A stretch of 64,000 bases of DNA from Octopus sinensis (GCF_006345805.1 NC_042999.1:7874001-7938000); one strand, 5' to 3'; positions 38,008 through 51,866 are shown, counted from the stretch's first letter. Numbers and translations are program-made. The notes: generated by a model not told the origin, from the sequence alone.

Positions 38008-38265
38008 GTTGTATTGTTACTGTGTTGTGGTATATCTATGTATTTGTCAGAAATTATGAATATGTAATGATCCCTGGATGTGTGTGTGTGTGTGTTTGTG
38101 TGTATGTATGTGTGTGTATGTGTGTGTGTTTGTGTGTTTATGTGTGTGTGTGTTTATGTGTGTGTAGCCATACAAATTGTATATGCATATGAATATTCAT
38201 GTGTGCATCTCTGTGTATGTAGGAATGTGTGTATGTATATGTGTATATGTAGGAGTGTGTTTGAG

Positions 38266-38296
<31 letters not shown>

Positions 38297-38888
38297 TGTG
38301 TGTGTGTGTAAGTATACATCTTTGTACAGATGTTTTGATCTGTGTGAATGCATATGTATTATATATGTATGTGTACAGTTACAAGAATATGCCTAAGTAC
38401 CCTGAGGGTTACAGGGACACTGGCAACATCTAGCTCGCATTTCATGTATTTTTCATAATTTTCGCATCCTTCTTCTTAGTGTTAGCTGACATCAATTGGA
38501 CTGGATTCTGACAGTCATGTGAGACTAAATACATAATACATAAGAATATGGCAATTCTGTCTTAGAAATAAGCTGCTGGGTCTAAATTTAGTCACATGAT
38601 TGGGGACGGGGTATTAAACTAACTTTCAAAGTGTAAGGAATTGATGGGAAACAATGAAGAACATTGACAATAGTTAAAGGATTTTAATGCTTCTTAGATG
38701 TTCCCAACTGTGGCATGAAGTTAAGGAGTGAATGCAGTCTTGTAGAATGGTAATGGCTAAACTGTGCGAATCCTTTGTGAATAAGAAAAGAATATTTAAG
38801 GAGAAGAAACATGTGAACATAAATGAGAGGAAGAACTGTTGATGGATGGGGATGGAGGGTTGGTGTTCGAAATATTATCGATATAGAT

Positions 38889-39280
38889 GCAGGTGTGGTT
38901 GTGTGGTAAAGAAGCTTGCTTCCCGGCCACATGGCTCTGGGTTCAGTTCCACTGTATGGCACTTTGGGCAAGTGTCTTTGACTATAGCTTCGGGCTGAGC
39001 AAAGTCTTGTGAATGGATTTGGTAGATGGAAATTGAAAGAAGCCCCTTTTGCATATATATCTATGTGCGTGTTGGTGTTTGTAACCCCATCACCACTTCA
39101 TAATCAGTGTTGGTGTGTTTATGTCCCCATAACTTAGCAGTTCAGCAAAAGAGACTGGTAGAATAAGTGTCAGGCTTTAAAAGATAAGTCCTATGGTCGA
39201 TTTGTGCAGCCCAAACCCCTCGAGGTGGTGCTGCAGCATGGCCACCGTCAAATGATTGAAACAAGTAAAAGAATAAAAGA
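38889..39280 (+). mobile_element. SINE family A, older copy
   Basis: Diverged full-length copy whose tail is the target of the next copy. Confidence 0.85.
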
Positions 39281-39286
39281 CTAATA

Positions 39287-39687
39287 GGAGTGGCTGTGTG
39301 GTAAGTAGCTTGCTAACCAACCACATGGTTCCGGGTTCAGTCCCACTGCGTGGCATCTTGGGCAAGTGTCTTCTGCTATAGCCCCGGGCCGACCAATGCC
39401 TTGTGAGTGGATTTGGTAGACGGAAACTGAAAGAAGCCTGTCGTATATATGTATATATATATAAGTGTGTGTGTATATGTTTGTGTGTCTGTGTTTGTCC
39501 CCTAGCATTGCTTGACAACCGATGCTGGTGTGTTTACGTCCCTGTCACTTAGCGGTTCGGCAAAAGAGACCGATAGAATAAGTACTGGGCTTACAAAGAA
39601 TAAGTCCCGGCGTCGATTTGCTTGACTAAAGGCGGTGCTCCAGCATGGCCGCACTCAAATGACTGAAACAAGTAAAAGAGTAAAAGA
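39287..39687 (+). mobile_element. SINE family A, young copy with 13-bp TSD
   Basis: TAAAAGACTAATA at 39274-39286 and 39681-39693. Confidence 0.9.
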
Positions 39688-40814
39688 CTAATACTGTTTA
39701 TTAGTTGTTGGGTCTCTGTGAGTTGGTGGTTCACCATGGATTCCCCATTAGCATTGAAATCATTTACCATTTTCCTATTTCTTCTGGTTGTCAGGAGAAA
39801 TCATGACTTGAGGAGCGGAATTATTGACGGAAACAAGTAATCCAAGAAACAGCAGGATTTGAGGAATTTCAACGATGCCCTGCATTGGCAATTAGCGAGT
39901 CTAAATAATTTCAAAATAGAATAATTTGATTGGCCTTGAGGAAGAGTCAATGTCTAACCTTGCCAGCAGTTGTTCATTAAAGAATAGTGATATTGAACCT
40001 TGATAAAGAGAGACGAAAGCCCCCTTGCTATAACAGAAACCAATTAGGGATTGAAGGATAAAACTGGCTGCTGCTGTTCTTTCTGATAACTTCTGCAGAG
40101 CATCTCGGTCTACTGGCTGAGTTACCAACTACCAGGAAATAAGCTTTTGCTTTGCGTATTCCCTGAAACAATTGTAAGATATCACATTTCATATTTTCTA
40201 TTTCATTTGGGAACTGCTTTATTATTTTTTATTTCATTAAGGGACAGTTTTAAATCGCCTTTATTTAATTTTATTTCATACGAGGACTTTTGTAAATCTT
40301 TTAAACATCTCACCTGCTCGTGATTTTAATTTAATTTATTTTATTTGATGCTATTTTCCGTATATTTATTGTGTTCACCCAACTTTAGGGTTATAATAAA
40401 AGGAATACATATATGTATACTTTTGATTGCATTGCCAATTTGAATATGCATTGGCTGGACTAGGAAAATGATAAACTAACCTGTTTTCTCTCCATCCTTG
40501 GACTTTGATATTATTTCCATGTTATTTTGTGGATAGAGTTACACTCTTTTATTATTTAATATATATATATATATTATGTATATATGTATCAAATGAAATA
40601 AAAAACAGAACACAAAGGATGTCGCAGTACACCTCTGCTACTAGCTGACATATACAGGTGCTTATACTTATCAAGTATTCACCCTGAATTTATATATATA
40701 TTATCCATGCTAGCATGGAAGGCACATGTTAAACGATGATGGTGACAATGACGATGATATATTTGTTGAAAGATAGAAATATACATACATATGATGATGA
40801 GGAGGATGATATAT

Positions 40815-41232
40815 TATCATCATCATCGTTTAACATCCGCTTTCCATGCTGGCATGGGTTGGATGGTTTGACTGAGGACTGGCAAGCCAGGAGGCTGCAC
40901 CAGGCTCAATCTGATCTGGCAAGGTTTCTACAGCTGGATGCCCTTCCAAATGCCAACCACTCCGTGAGTGTAAGTGGGTGCTTTTACATGCCATTGGCAC
41001 AAGGGCCAGTCAGGCAGTTCTGGCAACGATCACGCTCAAAAGGTGGTTTTACGTGCTACCTGCATGGGAGCCAATCTGGTGGTACTGGCAAAGACCATGC
41101 TTGAATGTTGTTTTTCCCGTGCCACCAGCACATGTGCCAGTAAGGCGACGCTGGCAACGATCACGCTCGAATGGTGCTTTTCACATGTCACCAGCACAGG
41201 AGCCAATCCATGGCCCTGGCAACGATCACACA
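40815..41232 (-). mobile_element. Repeat family C with internal tandem units
   Basis: GGCAACGATCACGCTC recurs several times behind the core. Confidence 0.85.
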
Positions 41233-42441
41233 CGCATGTTCTTGGATGTATGGGTATGTGTCTTTGTGTCCACATTTGTCTACCACCACTGCTTGACAAG
41301 TGCTATTGGTGTTTTTACATAACTGTAACTCAGCAGTTTGGCAAACAAAACCAATAAAATATGCAGCAGACTTTAAAAAAATATATAAGTATTGATGTTG
41401 ATTTGTTCGACTAAAAATTCTTCAAGGCAGTGCCCCAGCCTGGCCACAGTCAAATGGCTGAAGTAAGTAAAAGATAAAAGCTAACTCGATTCCTGTAATG
41501 CTAACGTCTTCTCTCCGTACACTCAACTAATTCATGGTTTGCTGTTTGGTGAATTTATTCTTTATGACATAAACCACCATTTAATCTCTTAAAATTCCGG
41601 TTGATTATCTTTGATAAAGTTATCTGATGAGCTGATCCTCTACAAAAGACGGCTTGAAATCAGGGTTTCAAATATTTCTTTGCTATGAAGTTTCCTATTT
41701 ATCCTTTCATTGATGTGAAGCCAATAAAAATATTTTCATAAACATAATAAGTGATGAGTGTGTCGTAGCAAGAAATAAACTCAATCTATGAAGCAATTTT
41801 CGATTCCAAATTGAAGCCATTTCACATCGTTTATGACATTAATGGTCTCGAGAAAGGCAGAACATCGTAGACTTGTATTTTCCTTTTACAACATTATGGA
41901 CTCCGACTGAATTAAAGATACAACACCAATAACAATAAAAAAACAAACAACATCATATAAACATCTCTGACACCAAGAGGAAGGAAGGGGAAGAGGGAGA
42001 GGGGGTAAAGATATTTTTTTGCTATGAATTTAATAGGGAAGAACATTTTTACAGAATGTTTGAAGAAGGGCTGTCTAAACCAGACTTATATGGTTTGGGG
42101 AAAGAAAAAAAAAAGCCTTGACATGTCCAACCCTACCTTGCAAAAAATGCAAATATTTTCAATAACAAATTACTACTATATGTGTATATTTCTTTCTTTC
42201 TTTTGTGACCGACCAGACTATCAGATGTTTTTACACATCACTAATCACAATGCATTCACATTGTTTTAGCCTTTGAACGACGCCACCCCGCTGGCTAGCG
42301 AGCAGGCCATATATGGTGTGTATATATATTATATATATATATTATATATATATATATTATATTTCAGAATAGTCATTTTTCCCAACTATACTACTGCTAC
42401 TACTACTACTACTTTTACTACTACTTGCATATATAGATGTG

Positions 42442-42543
<102 letters not shown>

Positions 42544-42818
42544 ATATGTATGTGCACATATACATATTTATACATATATACACACATATGTATGTATATA
42601 AATATATCTATATATATTGTTGTATTTTGGGACGGTCATTTTTTTTCCAAATAAACACACGCACGTGCTAAATGTTTGTTCTTCACTCGTTTCTTACTGT
42701 TCTTATTCTAACTCATGTCCATTGTCTGGAAATCTTTTGTCACACATCTGTGACCTCTTCAGCGACACTTTTTGTTTTCATCTGCACTTTTGCTCCACTT
42801 ACTCCATTCTACTCTTCT

Positions 42819-42844
42819 ATCTATCTACCTATCTATCTATCAAC

Positions 42845-42939
<95 letters not shown>
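42819..42939. repeat. (CTAT)n tetranucleotide repeat
   Basis: Directly visible. Others at 18430-18497 and 34015-34066. Confidence 0.95.
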
Positions 42940-43770
42940 AGAATATATATACACACATATATATATACATTGAAGTCTTGTTACAGCACCAAATACTGCA
43001 TTATTGGTTTTCAAAACGCCTCTCATCATATTGGCACTTGGTACACAAAAGCACACACATACATCATAGCAGATGATATTTGTCTGTGGCGGGTGCTGGA
43101 ATTTTCATTTCAAGGGATTTTGGTCTCTTGAAACTCATCGGCAGGAAGCACTGTATCAATACTTCTTATCACACTTGTAATTAATATGTGCATATATATA
43201 TATATATATGTGTGTATATATATATATATATATACTTGAGTGTGTGTATGCACATGTGTATATGTGTGCATGTGTGTATATGTGTATATGTGTATATGTG
43301 TATATATGTATATATATATGTATATATATATATAGATATATGTATATATATATATGTATATATATATATATAAATATATATATATACATACATGTGTGTG
43401 CGTATGTGTGTTTGGATATTTGTATATATATGTATGTGTATGTGTGAACATTTATAAGTCCTTCTGGACACATCTTCAACATAATCTTCTTCTTCTTCTT
43501 CTTCCCCAATGATTAATCAATGACTCAGTTATTGTGATAGAAGAGAGGAGGAAGGCAAGTCACAGCAGGTTATTGATTAACTGTAAATTGACCATTCCAC
43601 ACTGGTGAACAAAAACAAGAACAAACAAAAAAAAAACAGAAAAGAAAAGAAAAAAGACTTAGTAGACAAAATGACTATCTGTGCTGAATCATCATGTGGA
43701 TTATAATATATAATTATATATAATATATATATATATATATATATGTTATATGTACATATATATATGTATA

Positions 43771-43804
<34 letters not shown>

Positions 43805-44579
43805 AATATATATATGTATGTATATATATATATATATATAAATATATATATATGCTTATATATATATATATATTATATATAATATATAGATAGATAGATA
43901 GATAGATACATATATATATATGTATATATATGCGCATACTACATTGTGAGTATATATATATTTATATATATATATGCATAGATATATCTATGTATACATT
44001 TATATATATACATACATACATATATTCACACAAACAAATAACACACATATATATTTTAATTTAAATATGTATATTTATATATACGCATACATACACACCC
44101 ATATGTATTTGTGTGTGCATATATGTATACAGAGCTATATGTATACAGAAGCATGTGTGGATACATAGATGCATACACATACACATCATCCATGTATGTA
44201 TGTATATATGTATGTATGTGTGTGTATGTGCGTGTGTGTGTGTACTGCATTGGAATAGTGAAGCCGATACCAATCTATAAACTGTTGTGGTGTCATCTTC
44301 CTCCGCTTCTGTATCACAGCTTATCTATAATTGCTGAGTCACTGGATGTACAAAACACTGATAGTCATATCGACTTAGTTCCGTTCGGCCACAATATTTC
44401 TTTAGTTTTTGTAAATAATACGTGAGACCTCGCATATAAAATGAACCAAAAATCAATACAAGAATGGATCACACCATTTAAAACGAACTCTGAAGATTCT
44501 GTCTTCTACTAGCCAGCACCATTTGAGGAATCTCCAAGGATTATGGATGTGTTAGATGGAACTATATTCTTACATCCAT

Positions 44580-44992
44580 AGGCGGCAAGCTGGCAGAAAC
44601 GTTAGCACACCGGGCGAAATGCCTAGCGCTATTTCGTCTGCCGTTCTGGGTTCAAATTCTGCCGAGGTTGACTTTGCCTTTCATCCTTTCGGGGGTCGAT
44701 AAATTAAGTACCAGTTACGCACTGGGGTCGAGGTAATCGACTTAATCCCTTTGTCTGTCCTTGTTTTTTCCCCTCCATGTTTAGCCCCTTGTGGGTAGTA
44801 AAGAAATAGGTAGTTCATCTGCCGCTACGTACTGAGTTCAAATTCCGCTAAGGTCGACTTAGCCTTTCATCCTTTCAGGATCGATAAATTAAGTACCAGT
44901 TATACACTGGGGTTGATGTAATCGACTTAATCCGTTTGTCTGTCCTTGTTTGTCCCCTCTGTGTTTAGCCCCTTGTGGGTAGTAAAGAAATA
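44580..44992 (+). mobile_element. SINE family B tandem dimer (second unit 5'-truncated)
   Basis: Two consecutive ...GCCCCTTGTGGGTAGTAAAGAAATA tails. Confidence 0.9.
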
Positions 44993-45444
44993 TATATTCT
45001 TATATCCATCTGACATTCATCCTTCATGGATCGTGGGGTTGTTTTTAAAGAAATATTGGCATAAAACCCACACTTCCAGTGGGGTCATGTAATAGGAGAA
45101 TGGGAACCCAAAGGGATTCTTGCTTCTGTGAAGCCTCCCTCTTTTTGGTTTCTCTCATAATTTCTGATTCTGAGAACTGTACCCAGAGTACACAGCATTT
45201 AGCCACAGTGAGTAATCTCGGTACATGTGGACAGTTCTTCATATCTCTTATGTTTGCAACCTAACTGACAAAATATATCTTTTATGAGCGGTGGTAAAAC
45301 ACTTTTGTATGCCCTTCTTTCTTTTATCTGCATTTTTACCTCTCTGCTTTGTTACCAAAAACTTCAACCTGTCCTTCATCCTTTCTCCCTAGTAGTTCAA
45401 TCCTCTGGAAATTCGTTCCCACATTCTCTTGCAGAATTTGACCA

Positions 45445-45858
45445 TTTTGACCCAAACTTTGGCATCGAGAGTTACACAAGTACTAGAACTGGGCGCCACT
45501 GCATAGTGCCAAGGACTCCAAATTTGCCATCAAGATGTAGGACAAGATACTGCAATAACCTGGGCTTCTGAGGTCCACAGCTCTTCAATATCCTCCCGAA
45601 GTACCTGAGAGACCTGCATGGGGTGAATGTAGGTGTCTTCAAAATAAAGCTGGACCTCTTCCTGTCGGGTGTCCCAGATGAACCAACTTCACGGCAGGAG
45701 GTGCAGATGGGGGAAGCTGCATCAAACTCTCTCATGCACCAAATGTCAATTGCTAAAAAGCATTCGTGAAGTAAAATCATGTAGCAACACCGAATGGCAG
45801 TGCCCCAGCATGGCCACAGCTCGTGAGCTGAAACTAGATGAAGTAAAAATAGATAAAT
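45445..45858 (+). mobile_element. 5'-truncated CR1-like LINE 3' end (RT C-terminal tail, 3' UTR, terminal repeat)
   Basis: Translates to ...RTGRHCIVP...GF*GPQLFNILPKYLRDLHGVNVGVFKIKLDLFLSGVPDEPT...ASNSLMHQ, typical of CR1-clade ORF2 ends. One in-frame stop. Confidence 0.8.
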
Positions 45859-46619
45859 TTATCGAAGCTCAAGCCAAATACTTGCAAATGTCACGGCATC
45901 ACTCCCTCCTCTTCTCACAAGCTTTCATAACACAACAACAAAGAACCATTCATAATGTTTACTGCTACAGGAATATGATATATGTACGAGTATTATATGA
46001 GTCAGCAAGAGTTGTGAAGAGAGAGAGAGAGACAGAGAGAGACAGAGAGAGAGATATAGAGTGAGGGAGAAAGAGAGGGAGCGAGAGAGAGAGAGGGGGA
46101 GAGTGAGAGAGAGAGGCTTCGTAATTGCTCGATATTGTTAAAGCGAATGAAATCCAGCTTTAGTCACATATATTGATTAGATTTATGGATTGACTTTGCC
46201 ATCGTAAATTTATCGTTGCATGAAAGTCACATAGCGACCTCATTCATGGATCAGGAACCATCCCAATGGTACCAGCAACCAAGACTTATTCCATTATTCA
46301 TTAGATTATGTTTATAGACTGAGTGGGATCTCGTTTGGACTTATTAAAAATTTAATCTCCCGTGACGTAGGTATAGGCGTAGATGTCTGGCTAAGAAGCT
46401 TACTTCCCAACTATGTGGACTTGAGTTCAGTCCCATGCACAGCACCTTGGAACAAATGCAAGGCTTTACAAAGAAGAAAAAAATGAGATTAAGAGCTAGA
46501 GTTTGAGTAAAGATTGTTTGCCAACATAACATGGCAGTCCTGGTTTAGGACAAATGTTACTGTAATTTAGCCCAGGAGACATCGTCTCCAACTGGCTATA
46601 CAACATGATCTGTGTCCTT

Positions 46620-47163
46620 ATATTTATCGACCCCGAAAGGATGAAAGGCAAAGTCGACCTCAGCAAAATTTGAACTCAGAACATAAAGACAGACGAAATA
46701 CTGCTAAGCACTTCACCCGGCTTGCTAACGTTTCTTATTTCTTTACTGCTCACAAGGGGCTACTCACAGGGGGGACAAACAAGGACAGACAAACGGATTA
46801 AGTCGATTATATCGACCCCAGTGCATAACTGGTACTTATTTAATTGACTCAAAAGGATGAAAGGCAAAGTCGACCTTGGCGGAATTTGAACTCAGAACAT
46901 AGCGGCAGACAAAATACCCCTAAGTATTTCACCTATTTCTTTACTACTCACAAGGGGCTAAACACAAAGGGGACAAACAATGATAGACAAAGGGTTTAAG
47001 TAAATTACATCGACACCAGTTGTAACTGGTACTTATTTAATCGACTCCGAAAGGATGAAAGGCAAAGTCAACCTTGGCGGAATTTGAACTCAGAACGTAG
47101 CGGCAGACGAAATACCCCTAAGCATTTCACCTGGCGTGCTAACGTTTCTGCCAGCTCGCTGCC
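46620..47163 (-). mobile_element. SINE family B tandem trimer
   Basis: GGATGAAAGGCAAAGTC...GAACTCAGAAC occurs three times, and units join at TATTTCTTTAC. Confidence 0.9.
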
Positions 47164-47559
47164 TTTGTGCACACACACTGCAACGACCCTGTGACTGAAA
47201 CAGGTAACAGTTTATTACCAATGAATACCTTCAGCATACTTCAGCTAAGCTTCGTCCGTTATTTGTTGTGGTTGGATTAAATATAGACCTAATTATCCAT
47301 GCTATTACTTAGATTATAGTTAAAACTAATCCACTAAATGCTTAGCAATATCATCTTTTCCTTTCTTTTCTTTCTATTTCTACTTTTTGTATGTTTTTTT
47401 TTTCTTTTTTCTTTTTACATATGTTTTTGAAAAAGAGAGGGATGAAAGGAATCAGATTATCAAATTTATTTTTTGCTTTTGAATCCCATTAAAAATTGTT
47501 ACCCCCACACTAATAAAACTTAGCTGCTACAATTAATAGATTTGTCATCATAATTGATC

Positions 47560-47705
47560 CTGTTGTGTCTGGGGAGAATCATTTTCTTTTTGTGCCTTAT
47601 AATGTAACACTCACCAGTAAAATTTCCACTTATTTCTTATTTTTACCGGTGAGTGTGTTAAATTATAAGGCACAAAAAGAGAATGACTTTCCCCAGACAC
47701 AACAG
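47560..47705. mobile_element. Foldback/MITE with ~63-65 bp inverted arms and 18-nt spacer
   Basis: CTGTTGTGTCTGGGGA...GTAAAA (47560-47622) and TTTTAC...TCCCCAGACACAACAG (47641-47705). One-armed copy at 7071-7155. Confidence 0.7.
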
Positions 47706-47777
47706 AATATGCTTCAACACACAAACTCACATAAAGAATCTTGCAAACCAAATCCCAAAACGAAAAATAATTGATCC

Positions 47778-47985
47778 TCATCATCATCATTGTCATCGTT
47801 TAACGTCCGCTTTCCATGCTAGCATGGGTTGGACGATTGACTGAAGGCTGGCAAACCAGATGGCTGCACCAGGCTCCAATCTTGATCTGGCAGAGTTTCT
47901 ACAGCTGGATGCCCTCCCTAATGCCAACCACTCCGAGAGTGTAGTGGGTGCTTTTTACATGCCACCGGCACAGGGCCAGTCAGGC
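47778..47985 (-). mobile_element. Repeat family C, joined directly to an R4/Dong fragment
   Basis: Tail and core present, junction at CAGGCAGTACTGG. Confidence 0.85.
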
Positions 47986-48200
47986 AGTACTGGGAACAGT
48001 GAGTAAAGATCTTGAGAAGTACATGGAACAAACAGGGGCTGCAATAAGGGTGGGGCACTTGCAGAAAACAGCACTGGTTGGAACTGCCCGAATACCCCAG
48101 ATGGTTCTAAAAAAGTAAGAGGTATTACCTTGGTTCACTGGTAGTGAACAGCTGACACCATAGTACATCTCCAGCGTTGGAAGCTGTGCAAAGACAATGA
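47984..48200 (+). mobile_element. R4/Dong-clade 3' fragment
   Basis: AVLGTVSKDLEKYMEQ...LQKTALVGTARIPQMVL* (47984-48118), short 3' UTR, then (AAT)n/(AGT)n. Confidence 0.7.
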
Positions 48201-48221
48201 TAATAATATTAATAATAATAA

Positions 48222-48264
<43 letters not shown>

Positions 48265-48289
48265 TAGTAGTAGTGGTGGTGGTGGTGGT

Positions 48290-48357
<68 letters not shown>

Positions 48358-48373
48358 TGTAATAATAATAATG

Positions 48374-48413
<40 letters not shown>

Positions 48414-49377
48414 TAATAATAATAATGATAATAATAGTGGTAGTAGTAATAATAACTAGCTTATTGAATCCAGTGCTCAGGTGCGTTAAAACTTGTGTCT
48501 CGAACATGAAAGCCGAATCAAGATGGCCAACTGTGACGACCGTAAATAATTTAGTCAAGCACTAAAATGGTAGAGACCATCTGTATTATCTGCCATTAAA
48601 TAGCATCAGGATGCTTTTATCATTTGTCTGCTATTATTCCTGTTTTTGTTCTGACAACATTTTTTCAGAAAGCAACTCAATGCAAAAACTTTAATTATTT
48701 ATTCAAAGATTGGAATAAACTCCATTGATTATCGGAAAGGTTTGTTCCTTTCGTTATCTATTGATGGTTAATAAATATCCGAAATGATTAATTAGTTACC
48801 ACAACTAACATTGTTGTTGTAATTGCTGTTGGGTTGTTTTCCTTTTGGTTTGTTGTGAGTAGAACTACACTAAGGAAATAATAGAGGAACATGACATGGC
48901 CACCCATGCGTACACAACAATCAAGATTGTCTAGGTCGTGTTTGCTTATTTGTTTGCTTGCTTATGATGGCGGATCAGTGATGATGGCAGCGTCGATACA
49001 AGACATTTTCCTCCTTCGCCTCCAACACATTGTTCCTCACGGGAACAGATGATGTTGTTGACAAGACCGATATGAGACGGGCAGATCCTGTGGCACCAAA
49101 GCTGCCGAAAGTGACTCAGAACAACAACAGCAATGGGTTGATGGCAATGTCTCCTTCTCTCTTCATGCAGTCTCTTACATTTGGTTCCAAAGTGGTCTAC
49201 ACAGCATCCCACATGGACTCCCATGCTTTCCAGTTAACAGCCATGGGCCCTGACTGATTGGGAGAGACAACGCGTAGAATGGTTATTCACAGAATGAAAT
49301 TGGTATCTTATGATTGAAGCACTACATTGGGATAAGCAGGAAACATTATAAGTAATCAAGTTCTCCAGTCATGTGTC

Positions 49378-49556
49378 ATCATCATCATAATCATCATCAC
49401 CGTTTAATGTCCGTTCTCCATGCTAGCATGGGTTGGACGGTTCGACCAGGATCTGGGAAGTGAGGAGGCTGCGCCAGGCTCCAGTCTTGATTCAGCAGAG
49501 TTTCTACAGCTGGATGCCCTTCCTAACGCCAACCCGTGAGTGTAGTGGGTGCTCTT
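49378..49556 (-). mobile_element. Repeat family C, 3' part
   Basis: (CAT)n tail and core. Confidence 0.85.
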
Positions 49557-50315
49557 TTTTAATATTTTACATTTAAACCTTCTTTCATTAAATGTGAAAA
49601 CAAGTGGCCTAGTGGTTAGGGTTTTGCTCTCATCATTGCTAGATTGCGGGTTCGATTCTAGACTGGGCATAGGTTGAGTTCTTGAGCAAAACACTACATT
49701 TCACATTGGTCTGTAGGTGGTAGAATAGCAGAATTGTTGGTACATCAGCAGAGATGCTTTATGGTCTATTTATGATGCACTGGTTCAATATCACTTCTTT
49801 ACTGTTAGTCAATCGGTTAAATATTTAACCAAGTAACTAATCAATCATTTGTTAATGTTTATTTAAATAACCAGTGTGTGGGTTTATTATTATTGGAGTA
49901 ATGGACCCCAAGACACAACAATAAAATTTGTTTCAACACACGAGTTCACATCGATACTCTTGCTGTCCAAAAATTAGAACAAACTATTCACCAAGCCACC
50001 ATAGAAATTGGGTTGCAGAACCAGTGACTAAATGGACTAACACGATTTATGACTAAATGGAATAATGCTATTTACGAAAACGCATCTTTGTCTCAGCTCC
50101 AAATTACATCCTCTGAAACCACCTCAACTTCACTGCGACTTCACTGTCTTTTAATCCAATTACTCAATCCATTAGATTACTTCTTGTTTAATTTTCCATC
50201 AGCACCGTTTCACTTTATCTTCTTTAACTTTCTGATTCTAAATAAAATTCTTTCTTCTACTGATGTGGATGCTAACAAATAAAAGTTTCTCTCAGAGATT
50301 GCTTTCATACTGCAA

Positions 50316-50718
50316 TACTCTTTACTCTTTTACTTGTTTCAGTCATTTGACTGCGGCCATGCTGGAGCACCGCCTTTAGTCGAGCAATTCGACCCCGGGA
50401 CTTATTCTTTGTAAGCCCAGTATTTATTCTATCGGTCTCTTTTGCCGAACCGCTAGGTAATAGGGACATAAACATACCAGCATCGGTTGTCAAGCAATGC
50501 TAGGGGGACAAACACAGACACACAAACACATACAAATATATATATACACATATACGACAGGCTTCTTTCAGTTTCCGTCTGCCAAATCCAATCACAAGGC
50601 ATTGGTCGGCCCGGGGCTATAGCAGAAGACACTTGCCCAAGATGCCGCGCAGTGGGACTGAACCCGGAACCATGTGGTTGGTTAGCAAGCTACTTACCAC
50701 ACAGCCACTCCTGCACCT
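50316..50718 (-). mobile_element. SINE family A, near-consensus
   Basis: Reverse complement very similar to 39287-39687. Confidence 0.9.
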
Positions 50719-50919
50719 ATGTCTAACACTTTAAAATCCTCAATTCACTGCATACCTGTGAGCTGCGTTTCAGTAACTAATCCCTTCACAGGAAGGGGTT
50801 CACCATTTTACAGATCTTCTTTATACTAATCCCTCGCCATATCACGGTTTATCCATCGTGGTTTATTATTTAAGCTTATGCCGATTCCTCCATGCTGTTG
50901 TTTCACATTTATAATAAAA

Positions 50920-51312
50920 CTAGCAGTAATGCCTGGCGTTGCTCGGGTTTGTTTCAACCCTTTAGAATTGGAATTTTTGAAAAGTAAAAATTGTGCATTA
51001 TGTAGCGTGTTATTCTCTTTAAGTGAATATTTTTCTGGTTGAAATACACCGAAAAATGGCGACACAGCAGTCAAAAAATCATAAAAAGTAGGGATTTTCA
51101 TAGAAAAAAAAGCACCTTTTTGATGTAAATAATTTTTGGTGTTAACATGGTCCAATTTGAATTTTATCTTCTACGGAAGGAAGAGCAAGCCTTCTTCTAT
51201 CATACTCTCAATTTTTGTCAACTTGAGCTACAGGGTCTCGGAGGAGATAGTGTTAGTTGAAGGCTACCAAACCTGCCATGCACAGACAACTGCAGCTTTA
51301 TATATAGAGAGA
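50920..51312 (-). mobile_element. Non-autonomous Helitron-like element, second copy, 393 bp
   Basis: Reverse-complement homolog of 30168-30560 with A|TC...CTAG|T boundaries. Confidence 0.75.
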
Positions 51313-51866
51313 TAAATACACATAGGGTGTTCAAAAAGACACTCTGCAGTAAGTGTTTTATTGCAAAATAAATATTTACAAGATGGTATAAGACTACAAA
51401 AGAATGCATTAGACTTTACGAGACTTTAAAACTCTTTATGAGAGCTGTCGAAAGTGCCATCCTTCACTTTCAATACATAAGCTGACTCTTCTATGCATGT
51501 GGACTCTTCTGTACATGAAATACATCTTGGAGAGTCTGACTCCTGGAGAGTAAGGATGAAAAGCCTTCCATCCTTTTGGAGTTGATAAAATAATTACCAC
51601 CTGAAATCAGGAGTCAGTGCAATCAATTATCCCTTACCTTGAAATTGCTGGCCTTGTGCCAAAATTTGAAAGCCATATAAGCTTCCATAATAACAATTAC
51701 ACTTCTTTCTTTCCGGAATCTGTGAGAACAGTAGGACTTGAAACAGGCTTCGTATCACATGATTTTATGACAGTTTCCCTGAATATCATATACATACATA
51801 CATATATATGTATACATGTGAGTATATATGTGTATATATATATATATATATATGTGTATATATATA

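Noticed and set aside
41615-41680. CTGATGA...GAAA hammerhead candidate
   Set aside because: Stem II is possible (GCTG/CGGC) but has two extra bases before GAAA and no stem I. At best a relic.
51482-51552. Possible exon (splice-like signals on both strands)
   Set aside because: Ambiguous frame and strand, and no recognisable peptide.
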